From an uncultured virus (IMG/VR IMGVR_UViG_3300030707_000002) (Duplodnaviria > Heunggongvirae > Uroviricota > Caudoviricetes), in the IMG/VR virus record IMGVR_UViG_3300030707_000002: a stretch of DNA of 64,000 nt; one strand, given 5' to 3'. This document shows, piece after piece, positions 45,241 through 53,683 of this stretch. Under the pieces are notes generated by a model. The model made no database searches. It was not told the origin of the DNA and was given only the letters and a program-made list of their open reading frames with translations. Every line of letters begins with the position of its first letter. Within the stretch, counting starts at the first letter, position 1. The position numbers and the translations under genes are program-made.

Positions 45241-45528
45241 CTAGTCGCCCCCGTCGTCTGGGTCGGCATCGAAGTTCGGGTCGCTGCTGGCGCTGTCTCC
45301 GTGCGCGGCGGGAGGTGGCGGCACCGTCTGGGCGAGCGACGCAATGAACGTGCGCCCGCGGTCCCGGTCCACGCGCGCGCAGTACCCTCGTTCAGAGAGA
45401 GCTAGATCCATCGCGCAGTCCGGTTGGTGCGTCTCGAGCCCGCGGCAGATGGGGCAGGCGAGGAGGAATGTCCCGCCGGACGGGCAGCTCCACTCGGCGA
45501 GCAGGAGCGCCTTGTCGGTGTTGGTCAT
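45241..45528 (-). CDS. hypothetical protein, CxxC-H-C
   Basis: CPIC....H..DC. Confidence 0.6.
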   Translation of the reverse strand: MTNTDKALLLAEWSCPSGGTFLLACPICRGLETHQPDCAMDLALSERGYCARVDRDRGRTFIASLAQTVPPPPAAHGDSASSDPNFDADPDDGGD

Positions 45529-46112
45529 TCGTCCTGCTCCAGTTCATGGAGGGCGCGGTTGTAGGCTAAGCGCAACCGTTCGTGGGGACGCACCAGGTTT
45601 GCCAGCTCATCGAGATTGATGGAGCCGGCTCGCATCATGTCCACGACGGCCGCGATGTCCTGCGATCGGCTGCCTGCGAGCTTCGTCACCGCGACCATCT
45701 CCGGCCGCGGGATCCACACACCCGGCTCGTCGCTCTCGATGGCAGTCTCGATCGCGCGCTCGTACAGCTCGCGGTACTTGACGTGCACCGGGATGTTGTC
45801 GATCGGCACCTGGCAAGCTTCCTGCGGGATGCCGGCCTTGAGGCTGATGACGACGCCGTATGTGTCCCACGCCTCGTCGCCGACGAGGAAGTCGACGTCC
45901 TTCGTCCCCCGAGGCCGACCGTACGCGCTGGCGGCTACGCCACCGACAAGCACAGCGCGTACCCCAAGTCGCCGGTACGTGTCGGCTGCGGCGTGCACCG
46001 CTTCTCGGAATCGTGGAGCCAAGTGGTCGAGCGCGGCGACGAGGTTGGGTTCGCCCGGGGTCGCAGGAGGTTCCTCGAAGCGACGCGGCCCGCGGATTTC
46101 TAGGCGGACCAT
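45525..46112 (-). CDS. AbiEii-like nucleotidyltransferase
   Basis: LVGGVAA..YG.PRGTKDVDFLV; KL...R.QD. Confidence 0.85.
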   Translation of the reverse strand: MVRLEIRGPRRFEEPPATPGEPNLVAALDHLAPRFREAVHAAADTYRRLGVRAVLVGGVAASAYGRPRGTKDVDFLVGDEAWDTYGVVISLKAGIPQEACQVPIDNIPVHVKYRELYERAIETAIESDEPGVWIPRPEMVAVTKLAGSRSQDIAAVVDMMRAGSINLDELANLVRPHERLRLAYNRALHELEQDE

Positions 46113-46285
46113 CAGCGACCTCGCTTGCCGTTCGCATCCAAGCCGCGCTCGAGGAGCAGTCGCACGACGTCGCTGATGCTTGGCTCGATGCCGGTCAGTC
46201 GCTTGGCTTCTTGCTGTTGCTTCACGATGCGCGCGTGAAGCGCCTTGCTAACTCGTGCGGCAATCTGGATGTCGTTTCCGTTCAT
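46112..46285 (-). CDS. ribbon-helix-helix protein (antitoxin/regulator-like)
   Basis: IAARVSKALH...SISDVVRLLLERGL; TGATG-coupled to the NTase. Confidence 0.75.
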   Translation of the reverse strand: MNGNDIQIAARVSKALHARIVKQQQEAKRLTGIEPSISDVVRLLLERGLDANGKRGR

Positions 46286-46295
46286 CACACGAGGC

Positions 46296-46346
46296 ATCCT
46301 AGCAATAGGTTTCGCCGTTGACAATGGGAACATCGCAGTCTACCGT
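46296..46346. promoter_or_regulatory. divergent promoters sharing overlapping -35 boxes
   Basis: Plus TTGACA-17-TACCGT; minus TTGTCA-17-TAGGAT; both -35 boxes within TTGACAA 46318-46324. Confidence 0.7.
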
Positions 46347-46355
46347 CCTCAGGCG

Positions 46356-46943
46356 ATGCCGGAAGCCGCCGTGAGCTGGGTCGAGCGCGACGGAAAAGTG
46401 CTCGTCGTCTGGAACCGCCGGTACCGAGGCTGGACGCTCCCCGGTGGACTCATCGAGGAGGGGGAAACCCCGCCGCAGGGGATGGCGCGGGAGCTTCGAG
46501 AAGAGACGGGACTTGTCGTCGTGACGGCTCCGGTGCTCTACGACGCGCCCGCCGAACTGATCGCCGATGGTCCCAAGAACCGCGGCAGCCACGTCTGGGT
46601 ATTTCTCTGCGATCAGGCGTACGGAATCGCCAGTCCCGTCGAGGGGCCGATCATGTGGGTTACGCGCGACGAGTTTCTTGCGCTCTGCCCGTTCAAGCGC
46701 TTCTACGAGCGGATGTTCGCGGTGCTCGGATGGACGGGCGCCGAAGAACCGAAGAGCGCCGCAATCGTCAAGCATGCGGGGCCCGTGGCGTACGTTACGG
46801 CGCGGCTGGATGGTCTGCTGATTGTGAGTGAGCTCGACAAACCGGCCTCTTGGTTATTGGCTCCGGTCACGAACCTTCTCAAGGACTACGGCGACAGGCG
46901 GGTGTCGATTGTTATCGCGAGCGAGGATCCGCTCAATGGGTGA
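46356..46943 (+). CDS. Nudix hydrolase plus shared C-terminal module
   Basis: PGGLIEEGETPPQGMARELREETGL Nudix box. Confidence 0.9.
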   Translation: MPEAAVSWVERDGKVLVVWNRRYRGWTLPGGLIEEGETPPQGMARELREETGLVVVTAPVLYDAPAELIADGPKNRGSHVWVFLCDQAYGIASPVEGPIMWVTRDEFLALCPFKRFYERMFAVLGWTGAEEPKSAAIVKHAGPVAYVTARLDGLLIVSELDKPASWLLAPVTNLLKDYGDRRVSIVIASEDPLNG

Positions 46944-47283
46944 GTCCACCGGCTGCCCGCGCCACCCCGGCGGTGACCGTGCCTGCACGGACCTCCGCTG
47001 CCTCTGGACCTGGGAGCCGCCCGGTGCGCCGACGCCGGACGAGCAGCTCCGGCGCTGGGCAGCCGGCGACTCCGTGTGCCCGAACACCCGGCACGAGTGC
47101 TGCCCGGATTTCTCGTGCTGCAAGCCGCACCTCGCGTGGCCGCTCGAGAAGCGCGCGAAGTACGTCGCCGCCGATCAGGGGACGCGAGAGAAAATGATGA
47201 TGGGCGCGCTCAACGCGCTGGTCGGCGAGGCCATCGATGGCAAGAAGGTCCATATCTCGCGCGGGGAGCCGACGGACCCATGA
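46936..47283 (+). CDS. Cys-rich hypothetical protein
   Basis: ECCPDFSCC.P motif. Confidence 0.65.
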   Translation: MGESTGCPRHPGGDRACTDLRCLWTWEPPGAPTPDEQLRRWAAGDSVCPNTRHECCPDFSCCKPHLAWPLEKRAKYVAADQGTREKMMMGALNALVGEAIDGKKVHISRGEPTDP

Positions 47284-47555
47284 ATAAGCTGCGACTCACT
47301 TGGGAGAAGCAGTCGCACAAGCGCTACAGCGCGTCGTGCGGCCCTGGTCACGTCGAGGTGCGCAAGGCCGGTATCGCCGGCATCCACACGTACTGGACTG
47401 TGGGCGAAGTGTTCGGTCGACACCACCATGACTCCAGCAAGTACCGGGTGCCACGAGGCGGGATGGCGCTCTTGGAGGCGCAGGCGATGGCCGAGCGTGT
47501 GGCGGCCGACATGATTGCGGCGTTCACAAAGTCGCTGCTCGGAAAGAAAGGATGA
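47280..47555 (+). CDS. hypothetical protein
   Basis: ATGA coupling. Confidence 0.6.
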   Translation: MNKLRLTWEKQSHKRYSASCGPGHVEVRKAGIAGIHTYWTVGEVFGRHHHDSSKYRVPRGGMALLEAQAMAERVAADMIAAFTKSLLGKKG

Positions 47556-47562
47556 CCCCACC

Positions 47563-48498
47563 ATGCCGAAAGCCTCTCGAGACTCCCTGCACGCGAAGGG
47601 CAAGACCGACGTCTACTACTTCGATCCCGCCGACGTGGTCCTGGTCACGGACAAGAAGTCGGCGCTTTATGATGAGCGGGTTGACCTCGACTTCAAGGAG
47701 TCGCTCGTCCAAAACATGATGTACCAGCCGGACCCGGACGGTCCGCCGCAGGGCGTGCTCAAGGTGCTGAACGGTCGGCGCAACCCCGAGACTGGCAAAG
47801 TCGAGATTATCGACGGTCGGCAGCGCACCAAGGCGGCGCGCGAGGCGAACCGGCGGCTCAAGAAGCAGGGGGCCGAACCGATCCGGCTACCCGTGCTGCT
47901 CAAGCGGGCGGGCAGCGACCAGCGGACGATGGCGATGCTCATCAGCTCGAACGAGCACGGCACCGAGGATTCGCCCTCGGCCAGGGCGAGGAAGGCCCAG
48001 CGGTACATCGATCTCGGGCGCGACGAGAAGGAGGTGGCGGTCCTGCTCGGCGTCAGCGAATCGACCATCAAGAACATGCTCCGGTTTCTCGAGGCTCCAG
48101 CCGCCATCCGCAACGCGGCAGACGCCGGGAAGATTACCCATTCCGACGCGTACCGGCTCTCGCGCGAGGAGCCGGAGGAGGCGAAGAAGAAGCTCGGCAA
48201 GCTCCTCGAGCAGGCCCCACGCACTCCTGGCAAGAAGCGCAGCAAGAACGCGCAAAAGGCTCGGGAGATCGTTCAGGGGGTTGATGGCAACGCCGGAACA
48301 GAGAAGGCAACCAACGCCCTCGACCGCTCGATACTTCGATCGGAGAAGTTGGTCGAGGACGCGGCGGCGGAAGCCATTGCCTCCTGGATCGATGCGACCT
48401 GGAACGGCGACGAGAACTGGGATGGTTCGCCCAAAGAGATCCCGAATCGGATTCGATCGGGGGAGTGGCGGGAGAAGGCGAAGGGGAACGCGGCGTGA
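47563..48498 (+). CDS. ParB-like protein (ParB/Srx domain + HTH)
   Basis: IIDGRQRTKA, SNE, EVAVLLGVSESTIKN. Confidence 0.8.
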   Translation: MPKASRDSLHAKGKTDVYYFDPADVVLVTDKKSALYDERVDLDFKESLVQNMMYQPDPDGPPQGVLKVLNGRRNPETGKVEIIDGRQRTKAAREANRRLKKQGAEPIRLPVLLKRAGSDQRTMAMLISSNEHGTEDSPSARARKAQRYIDLGRDEKEVAVLLGVSESTIKNMLRFLEAPAAIRNAADAGKITHSDAYRLSREEPEEAKKKLGKLLEQAPRTPGKKRSKNAQKAREIVQGVDGNAGTEKATNALDRSILRSEKLVEDAAAEAIASWIDATWNGDENWDGSPKEIPNRIRSGEWREKAKGNAA

Positions 48499-48683
48499 TT
48501 CCGCGAGCGTTATGGTGGACGCTCTTCGGGCTCGCGCTGCTCGATTTTGTGTGGAATACAGTGGCGTTTTTCTTCAATCCACCCCACTGGCACCGTGATG
48601 TGGTTATCGTCGATCTGCTGACCGTCACCCTGACGGCCCACCGGTTGGCGTACCCGCCGAAAGTAAACGGAGGCGCTGCGTGA
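48495..48683 (+). CDS. small two-helix membrane protein
   Basis: Two hydrophobic stretches; coupled. Confidence 0.55.
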   Translation: MIPRALWWTLFGLALLDFVWNTVAFFFNPPHWHRDVVIVDLLTVTLTAHRLAYPPKVNGGAA

Positions 48684-48922
48684 CGAAACGAGAGATGGGG
48701 TTTCGGGTCATGGACCCGGAGCGCGTTCGCGAGATTGCCAGCAAGGGCGGGAAATCGGCGCACGACCGGGGGCTCGCCCACGAGTTCGATCCGTCCGAGG
48801 CGCGGGAGGCCGGGCGCAAGGGAGGGATCAAGGTGAGTGCGGACCGCGAGCACATGGCTGCGATTGGGCGCAAGGGGGCCCTCAAGCGCGCGGAGAACGC
48901 GCGGAAGGCGAGGGGTGAATGA
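48680..48922 (+). CDS. KGG-repeat general stress protein (YciG/GsiB-like)
   Basis: GF..MDPERVREIASKGG...EAREAGRKGG...MAAIGRKG. Confidence 0.85.
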   Translation: MTKREMGFRVMDPERVREIASKGGKSAHDRGLAHEFDPSEAREAGRKGGIKVSADREHMAAIGRKGALKRAENARKARGE

Positions 48923-49116
48923 TCGTCTGGAAGTCTCAGCGCACCGAGAGTGCGAAGGCGCACGCCTTCTACGACGACGCGGAGGTCCCGCTTTGCGGTC
49001 ACCCCATCCCCGGAACGCTCGTCCGCGTGACGCATCCCGAGGCGGCGCGTCGGTGCATCCCGTGCCTGGACGCCTCCGAAGCAGATGCCGTCACCAAGAC
49101 CAAGCGGGTGCGGTGA
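48919..49116 (+). CDS. H-LCG-CxxC finger protein
   Basis: AHA...PLCG...RCIPC. Confidence 0.6.
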   Translation: MIVWKSQRTESAKAHAFYDDAEVPLCGHPIPGTLVRVTHPEAARRCIPCLDASEADAVTKTKRVR

Positions 49117-49598
49117 TGCGTGTCCTGTCGTTTCGTCAGCCCTGGTGCCACGTTGTCTTGCATTTTGGCAAGACGATCGAGAATCGGCGATGGCGGCCAG
49201 TCGACCCAGCACTTCTCGAAGAGCTTCGGCGCGGGTTTCTGATCCATGCAGCGAAGGGGATGACCCGTGCATACTACGCGAACGCGCTGGCGTTTATCGC
49301 CGGCGTGCTGGGTGCCGAAAAATGCGCCGAGTTCCTGTCCGACTTTTCGGATCGGGCGCAGTTCGGTGGCATCGTCGGTCGCGCGCGGCTCGTCGAGGTC
49401 GTGAAGCCCTGGATAGCGGAGCCGCCCGTCATCGAGCGGCTCTACCCGCCTGGCGTCAACCCAAAGTGGCACATGCGGAATCAGTTTGGATTCGTGCTGT
49501 CCGACGTGACGGCGCTGCCGTTCACGCCGATGAAGGGACGACTGAGCTTCTTCAACGTGCCCGAGGACGTCGCGACTTCGCTGGAGGAACTGTCGTGA
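49116..49598 (+). CDS. ASCH/PUA-like domain protein
   Basis: LSFRQPW...GKTIENRRW...LIHA...GGIVG...MKGRLSFF. Confidence 0.85.
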   Translation: MRVLSFRQPWCHVVLHFGKTIENRRWRPVDPALLEELRRGFLIHAAKGMTRAYYANALAFIAGVLGAEKCAEFLSDFSDRAQFGGIVGRARLVEVVKPWIAEPPVIERLYPPGVNPKWHMRNQFGFVLSDVTALPFTPMKGRLSFFNVPEDVATSLEELS

Positions 49599-50224
49599 CG
49601 ACGCAGCTCGACGACTACCGCCACTTCGTGCTGGCGCACCTCAAGTCGTACTCGGTCAAGGTGGCGGCCCCCGGGGAGTGGTTCACACTCGCGTCGGGCG
49701 GCAAGTCGAAGCTCTATATCGACGCGAAGCGGACGGCGCTCCATCGCCAGATCCACCGGCCGCTCGCCGCGCTTCTGCACGACGAGATCCGTGCATTCGG
49801 GCACGCCGACGCGGTGGCTGGCGTCGTGCTCGGCGGCTGTCACCTGGCCAGCATCGTCGCCACCTACGCCGCCGTCCGTGGCGAGCCGATCTACAGCGTC
49901 GTCTACGTGAGGAAGACCCCAAAGGACCACGGTACCGGGCATGTGGTCGAGCAGGCATGGACGCCGCGGTTTGGCGGGTTGGTCGTCCTTTTGGAAGACG
50001 TCCTCTCGACCGGGGCCACCTCGAAGCACGCCGTAGGCGCCTTGCGGGAGGAGGGGTTCGAGGTGCGCGGTGTTGTTGCGCTGCTCGACCGACGATCACC
50101 GAATGCGCGCACGGACACCATCGAGGGGGCGCCGCTACGATCGGTATTTCAGCTCGAAGACCTCGAGCTGTCGAAGGACGACCTGAGTCAGATTTCGAAT
50201 GATCCACAAGGAGAACGACCATGA
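49595..50224 (+). CDS. pyrE: orotate phosphoribosyltransferase
   Basis: FTLASG.KS..YID, VRK..KDHGT, LLEDVLSTG PRPP motif, LLDR. Confidence 0.85.
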   Translation: MTTQLDDYRHFVLAHLKSYSVKVAAPGEWFTLASGGKSKLYIDAKRTALHRQIHRPLAALLHDEIRAFGHADAVAGVVLGGCHLASIVATYAAVRGEPIYSVVYVRKTPKDHGTGHVVEQAWTPRFGGLVVLLEDVLSTGATSKHAVGALREEGFEVRGVVALLDRRSPNARTDTIEGAPLRSVFQLEDLELSKDDLSQISNDPQGERP

Positions 50225-50406
50225 ACAATCGACCGATCCCGTACGTTGTCACCGATCTCCCCATCCCGTACCGCCTGCGCGTCCTCACAGCGAGTCCCGA
50301 GCTGCGCGCGTTCGTCGTGCCCAAGCTCGGTATCCAGCCGATCGCCACTGTGACCCTCCCACTTCTCGAGGAGGAGAAGTCTGGGGTCCGGATGAAAGTG
50401 GCCTAG
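50221..50406 (+). CDS. small hypothetical protein
   Basis: AAGGAG SD. Confidence 0.55.
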   Translation: MNNRPIPYVVTDLPIPYRLRVLTASPELRAFVVPKLGIQPIATVTLPLLEEEKSGVRMKVA

Positions 50407-50407
50407 A

Positions 50408-50518
50408 ATGTCGCCGAGGGAACTCGTTGCAGACGTCGGGGCCTGCGTCGCGGCATTGTGCGCGCTGGCCTCGCTGATCGTGCAGGTCGTCCGTCGTCGG
50501 CGGCGAGGTCACCGATGA
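50408..50518 (+). CDS. 36-aa single-helix membrane peptide with poly-Arg tail
   Basis: MSPRELVADVGACVAALCALASLIVQVVRRRRRGHR; ATGA-coupled to the next gene. Confidence 0.5.
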   Translation: MSPRELVADVGACVAALCALASLIVQVVRRRRRGHR

Positions 50519-50706
50519 CGGTCACGAACACACAGATCGAACGCACGATTGCGGAGGACGCCCCGTGCTCCAGAGCGACGGCCCGAAAGGCCCTGGAGCA
50601 CGGGTACATGACGATTCGGATCATCGCCGTTCGCGACCGCGTGGCCTTTGCGCTCCGCAGGAACCGCGCACTTGTAGCCCAGTACAGCAAGGACCACTAC
50701 CCGTGA
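50515..50706 (+). CDS. small hypothetical protein
   Basis: GAGGT SD, coupled. Confidence 0.55.
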   Translation: MTVTNTQIERTIAEDAPCSRATARKALEHGYMTIRIIAVRDRVAFALRRNRALVAQYSKDHYP

Positions 50707-51008
50707 AGAAGTGGCTCGGCACCATTCGGGTACTGCCTGCGGCAACCGAGGCCACGGTTGAGGCAAGCGAAACAGAGGTCGTGAGCGACGACGAACTTGC
50801 GACCCACTACGCACTCGCCTGCAAGGGCGACAAGACGCGGGCATTGCTCATGGCGCTTGACGCGGGGTACGACTTCACGCGGGTCGTTGGAGCGTTCGGC
50901 GACGAGGGGGTCAAGATCGCCTTCGACTGCCTGCTCAAGAGTTGGATCGACCAGGGTCGGATTACCGACGCGGGACGTGCCGTGCTTCGGAACGGATCCG
51001 ACGCATGA
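50703..51008 (+). CDS. small winged-helix-like protein
   Basis: L.KSWID.GRITDAGRAVL. Confidence 0.55.
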   Translation: MKKWLGTIRVLPAATEATVEASETEVVSDDELATHYALACKGDKTRALLMALDAGYDFTRVVGAFGDEGVKIAFDCLLKSWIDQGRITDAGRAVLRNGSDA

Positions 51009-51199
51009 GCAAGTCTCTCCCGCTCGCCTACGTGTGCGACTGCGGCGTCGTCGCCGGCAACCAGACCGAATGCCCTCGGTGCGGGCGCATCATCCAGCGG
51101 AAAGGGTCCCGGAAGGACCGGCAAATCCTGCAGGCTCGGATGCGAGGCAAGCAACCGGAGAGGCGGCCCCACGTGACCATCCAACGAGCAAAACGATGA
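51005..51199 (+). CDS. small Zn-ribbon protein
   Basis: YVCDCG...CPRCG. Confidence 0.55.
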   Translation: MSKSLPLAYVCDCGVVAGNQTECPRCGRIIQRKGSRKDRQILQARMRGKQPERRPHVTIQRAKR

Positions 51200-51678
51200 C
51201 CGAAGCCAGCCGACGGACGATTCAATTCGTGCTCTTACTCAACCGCTTCGAGGACGAGGCGCTCCGGCGCGTCGTCAAGGTGGGTGGGTACCGATCGGCC
51301 TCCGAGGCACTCCGCTACCTCGTCCGGCGGGAGGACCCGGAGGGCCACCTCGACCTGATGCCAGACGATCAGGATCGATCGCAGGTGGTGCGGGCGTGGC
51401 GGCGGCTGGCGACCGCCATTGCGGCGGCTAGGGCCACCGACGGGGAGATGCCGGTGGGGTTGCTCCCGTCCGAGCACGGCCCTTCCTTCGACGCGGACGT
51501 GGAGTTGCTCGACACAGCGATCCCCGAGCTGATGGGGCTTACGAACCTCTTGAAGGAAGCGCGTGAGTGGACCGCGAAGTACGCCGGCATCGACGGGAGC
51601 GACCCGACCACGAACATCGGCAACTGCCTGGATCGGATCGACAAGGCGCTCGCGGCGCTGGAAGGACCAGACGCATGA
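51196..51678 (+). CDS. RHH-like N-terminus plus unknown domains
   Basis: GGYRSASEALRYLVR. Confidence 0.6.
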   Translation: MTEASRRTIQFVLLLNRFEDEALRRVVKVGGYRSASEALRYLVRREDPEGHLDLMPDDQDRSQVVRAWRRLATAIAAARATDGEMPVGLLPSEHGPSFDADVELLDTAIPELMGLTNLLKEAREWTAKYAGIDGSDPTTNIGNCLDRIDKALAALEGPDA

Positions 51679-53384
51679 AGCTGCATCTCTCTTCCGATGT
51701 CACGCTTCCGATGGACGCTGTCACACAGACGTTCGCCGTGCTGGGCAAGCGTGGGAGTGGAAAAACCAACACAGCCAGCGTGCTCGCCGAGCAGCTCATT
51801 GGGGCGGGACTACCCGTCGTGTACGTCGACCCCATCGGCGTAACTTGGGGGCTGCGGCATTCGCGGGACGGCAAGTCGCCGGGGCTGCCGGTCATCATCC
51901 TCGGCGGCGAGCACGCGGACGTGCCGCTCGAGGAGACGGGCGGCGTCGTCATCGCCGACTTCGTGATCGAGCACCGGCAGCCCGTGGTGCTCGATCTCGG
52001 TCTCTTCTCGAAGGGCGCGCAGCGGCGGTTCATGGTGGACTTCGCCGAGCGGCTCTACTTGAAGAACCGCGACGCGTTGCACGTCATGCTGGATGAATGC
52101 GACACGTTTGTGCCTCAGCGCATCGACCACGGCGGCGAGCGGCTGGTGGGGGCCATCAACGATCTCGTGCGCAAGGGCCGCGCACGGGGGCTCGGCGTGA
52201 CCCTCATTAGCCAGCGGCCGGCGTTGGTCTCGAAGGACGTGCTCACCCAGGTCGAGACGCTCATCGCGCATCGGATGACCGGCCCGCAGGACCGCGACGC
52301 GATCGAGCGGTGGATCGAGCAGAACGCCGACCGAGACGGCGCCGAGGTACTTTCCTCGCTCCAGACACTCGACGACGGCGACGCGTGGGTGTGGAGCCCG
52401 AACTGGCTGCGCATCCTCAAACGCACGCACATCAACCTGCGGGAGACGTTCGACTCGTCGGCGACCCCGAAGGCGGGAGCTCGAGTGATCGCTCCAAAGC
52501 ACGCGGCCGAGGTGAACCTGGGGGAGCTCCGCGACAAGTTGGCGGCGACCATCGAGAAGGCGAAGGCGGACGACCCCCGCGAGCTGCGGCGGCGGATCGC
52601 GGAGCTGGAGAGGCAGGTGAAGACTCAATGGTTGCAGCCGGTGCTAGCGCCTGCCGAGCCGCGTTTGACGAAGGAGCAAGAACGGATGCTCGAAAGCGCG
52701 AGGAAAGAGCTGAACGGGGCACGCGCGAAGCAGCAAATGGTACTTCACGCCTTTGTGCAGAGTGAGCGTGACGTAAGCGAGATACTCGATCATGTTGCGG
52801 AGTTGATCGTGCAGGTTGGCGCCCACCAACCGGCATCACCAACGCTTCGCATTGTGAATGGATCCACATCAAGCAAGCCTGTTGCAGCCGTCCGTCAGCC
52901 CGTCTCCACTGGCGCCGGTGAACCGATACCGAGCGGCCAGCGGCGCATCCTGCTCGCACTCGCCCGCTACGGGGCATGCGGCAAGGGCAAGCTCGCCATC
53001 CTCACCCGCTACGCCTCGAATGGCGGGGGGTTCAACAACAACCTGAGCGCGCTCCGGACGGTCGGGCACATCGCCGGCAGCGACCCGATCGATGCTACCG
53101 AGACCGGTCTGCGCGCGCTCGGTCCATTCGATCCGCTGCCCGATGAGGCAGACGCGCTCTTTGCGGAGTGGCTGAATCATCCTGAACTCGGCAGGTCGCA
53201 CCGGGAGATTCTGAGGGTGCTCAGAGAACTGGGTCGTTCGATGTCGAAGGAAGAGATTGCCGTGAATTGCGTTCCGCCGTACGAGCCGAATGGCGGCGGA
53301 TTCAACAACGCGCTCTCGCGGTTGCGCACTCTTGGCGTCATCGAGGGCAAGGGCGACATTCGGCTCGCGGAGCAGCTCCGATGA
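51675..53384 (+). CDS. HerA/DUF87-like P-loop ATPase with two C-terminal winged-helix repeats
   Basis: GKRGSGKT, VDP.G, LDEC, RKGRARGLG..LISQRPA; repeated NGGGFNN.LS.LRT.G.I.G. Confidence 0.85.
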   Translation: MKLHLSSDVTLPMDAVTQTFAVLGKRGSGKTNTASVLAEQLIGAGLPVVYVDPIGVTWGLRHSRDGKSPGLPVIILGGEHADVPLEETGGVVIADFVIEHRQPVVLDLGLFSKGAQRRFMVDFAERLYLKNRDALHVMLDECDTFVPQRIDHGGERLVGAINDLVRKGRARGLGVTLISQRPALVSKDVLTQVETLIAHRMTGPQDRDAIERWIEQNADRDGAEVLSSLQTLDDGDAWVWSPNWLRILKRTHINLRETFDSSATPKAGARVIAPKHAAEVNLGELRDKLAATIEKAKADDPRELRRRIAELERQVKTQWLQPVLAPAEPRLTKEQERMLESARKELNGARAKQQMVLHAFVQSERDVSEILDHVAELIVQVGAHQPASPTLRIVNGSTSSKPVAAVRQPVSTGAGEPIPSGQRRILLALARYGACGKGKLAILTRYASNGGGFNNNLSALRTVGHIAGSDPIDATETGLRALGPFDPLPDEADALFAEWLNHPELGRSHREILRVLRELGRSMSKEEIAVNCVPPYEPNGGGFNNALSRLRTLGVIEGKGDIRLAEQLR

Positions 53385-53683
53385 CAAATGTGTTCAATGT
53401 CGCCACGATCGAGGTGGTTCGTCTCGAGCAATTCATTGCCGGTGAGCGATGGGTGCAGATTCGGTGTCACTACGCAGGCGACGGCAGTCCGCTTCTGGTT
53501 CAGCTCCCAGAGGTGGAGTGGGTGCGGGCGGTTGGTGACGAGGCAAGTCACCTCAGTCTCCAGGTGGACGAACTGACGGCGCAGCGAGACGCCTTCGGGC
53601 AGAAGGCGCACCAACTGCAGGAGCGGGTGAAGGAGCTGGAGGACGTCGTAAAGTTGGCTCGCCACGCGTTGGAGAGAATTTGA
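53381..53683 (+). CDS. hypothetical protein with coiled coil
   Basis: ATGA coupling. Confidence 0.6.
   Translation: MTNVFNVATIEVVRLEQFIAGERWVQIRCHYAGDGSPLLVQLPEVEWVRAVGDEASHLSLQVDELTAQRDAFGQKAHQLQERVKELEDVVKLARHALERI

Noticed and set aside
51675..53384. HerA-based defence system (NurA-HerA, Sir2-HerA)
   Set aside because: No recognisable nuclease or sirtuin partner adjacent.
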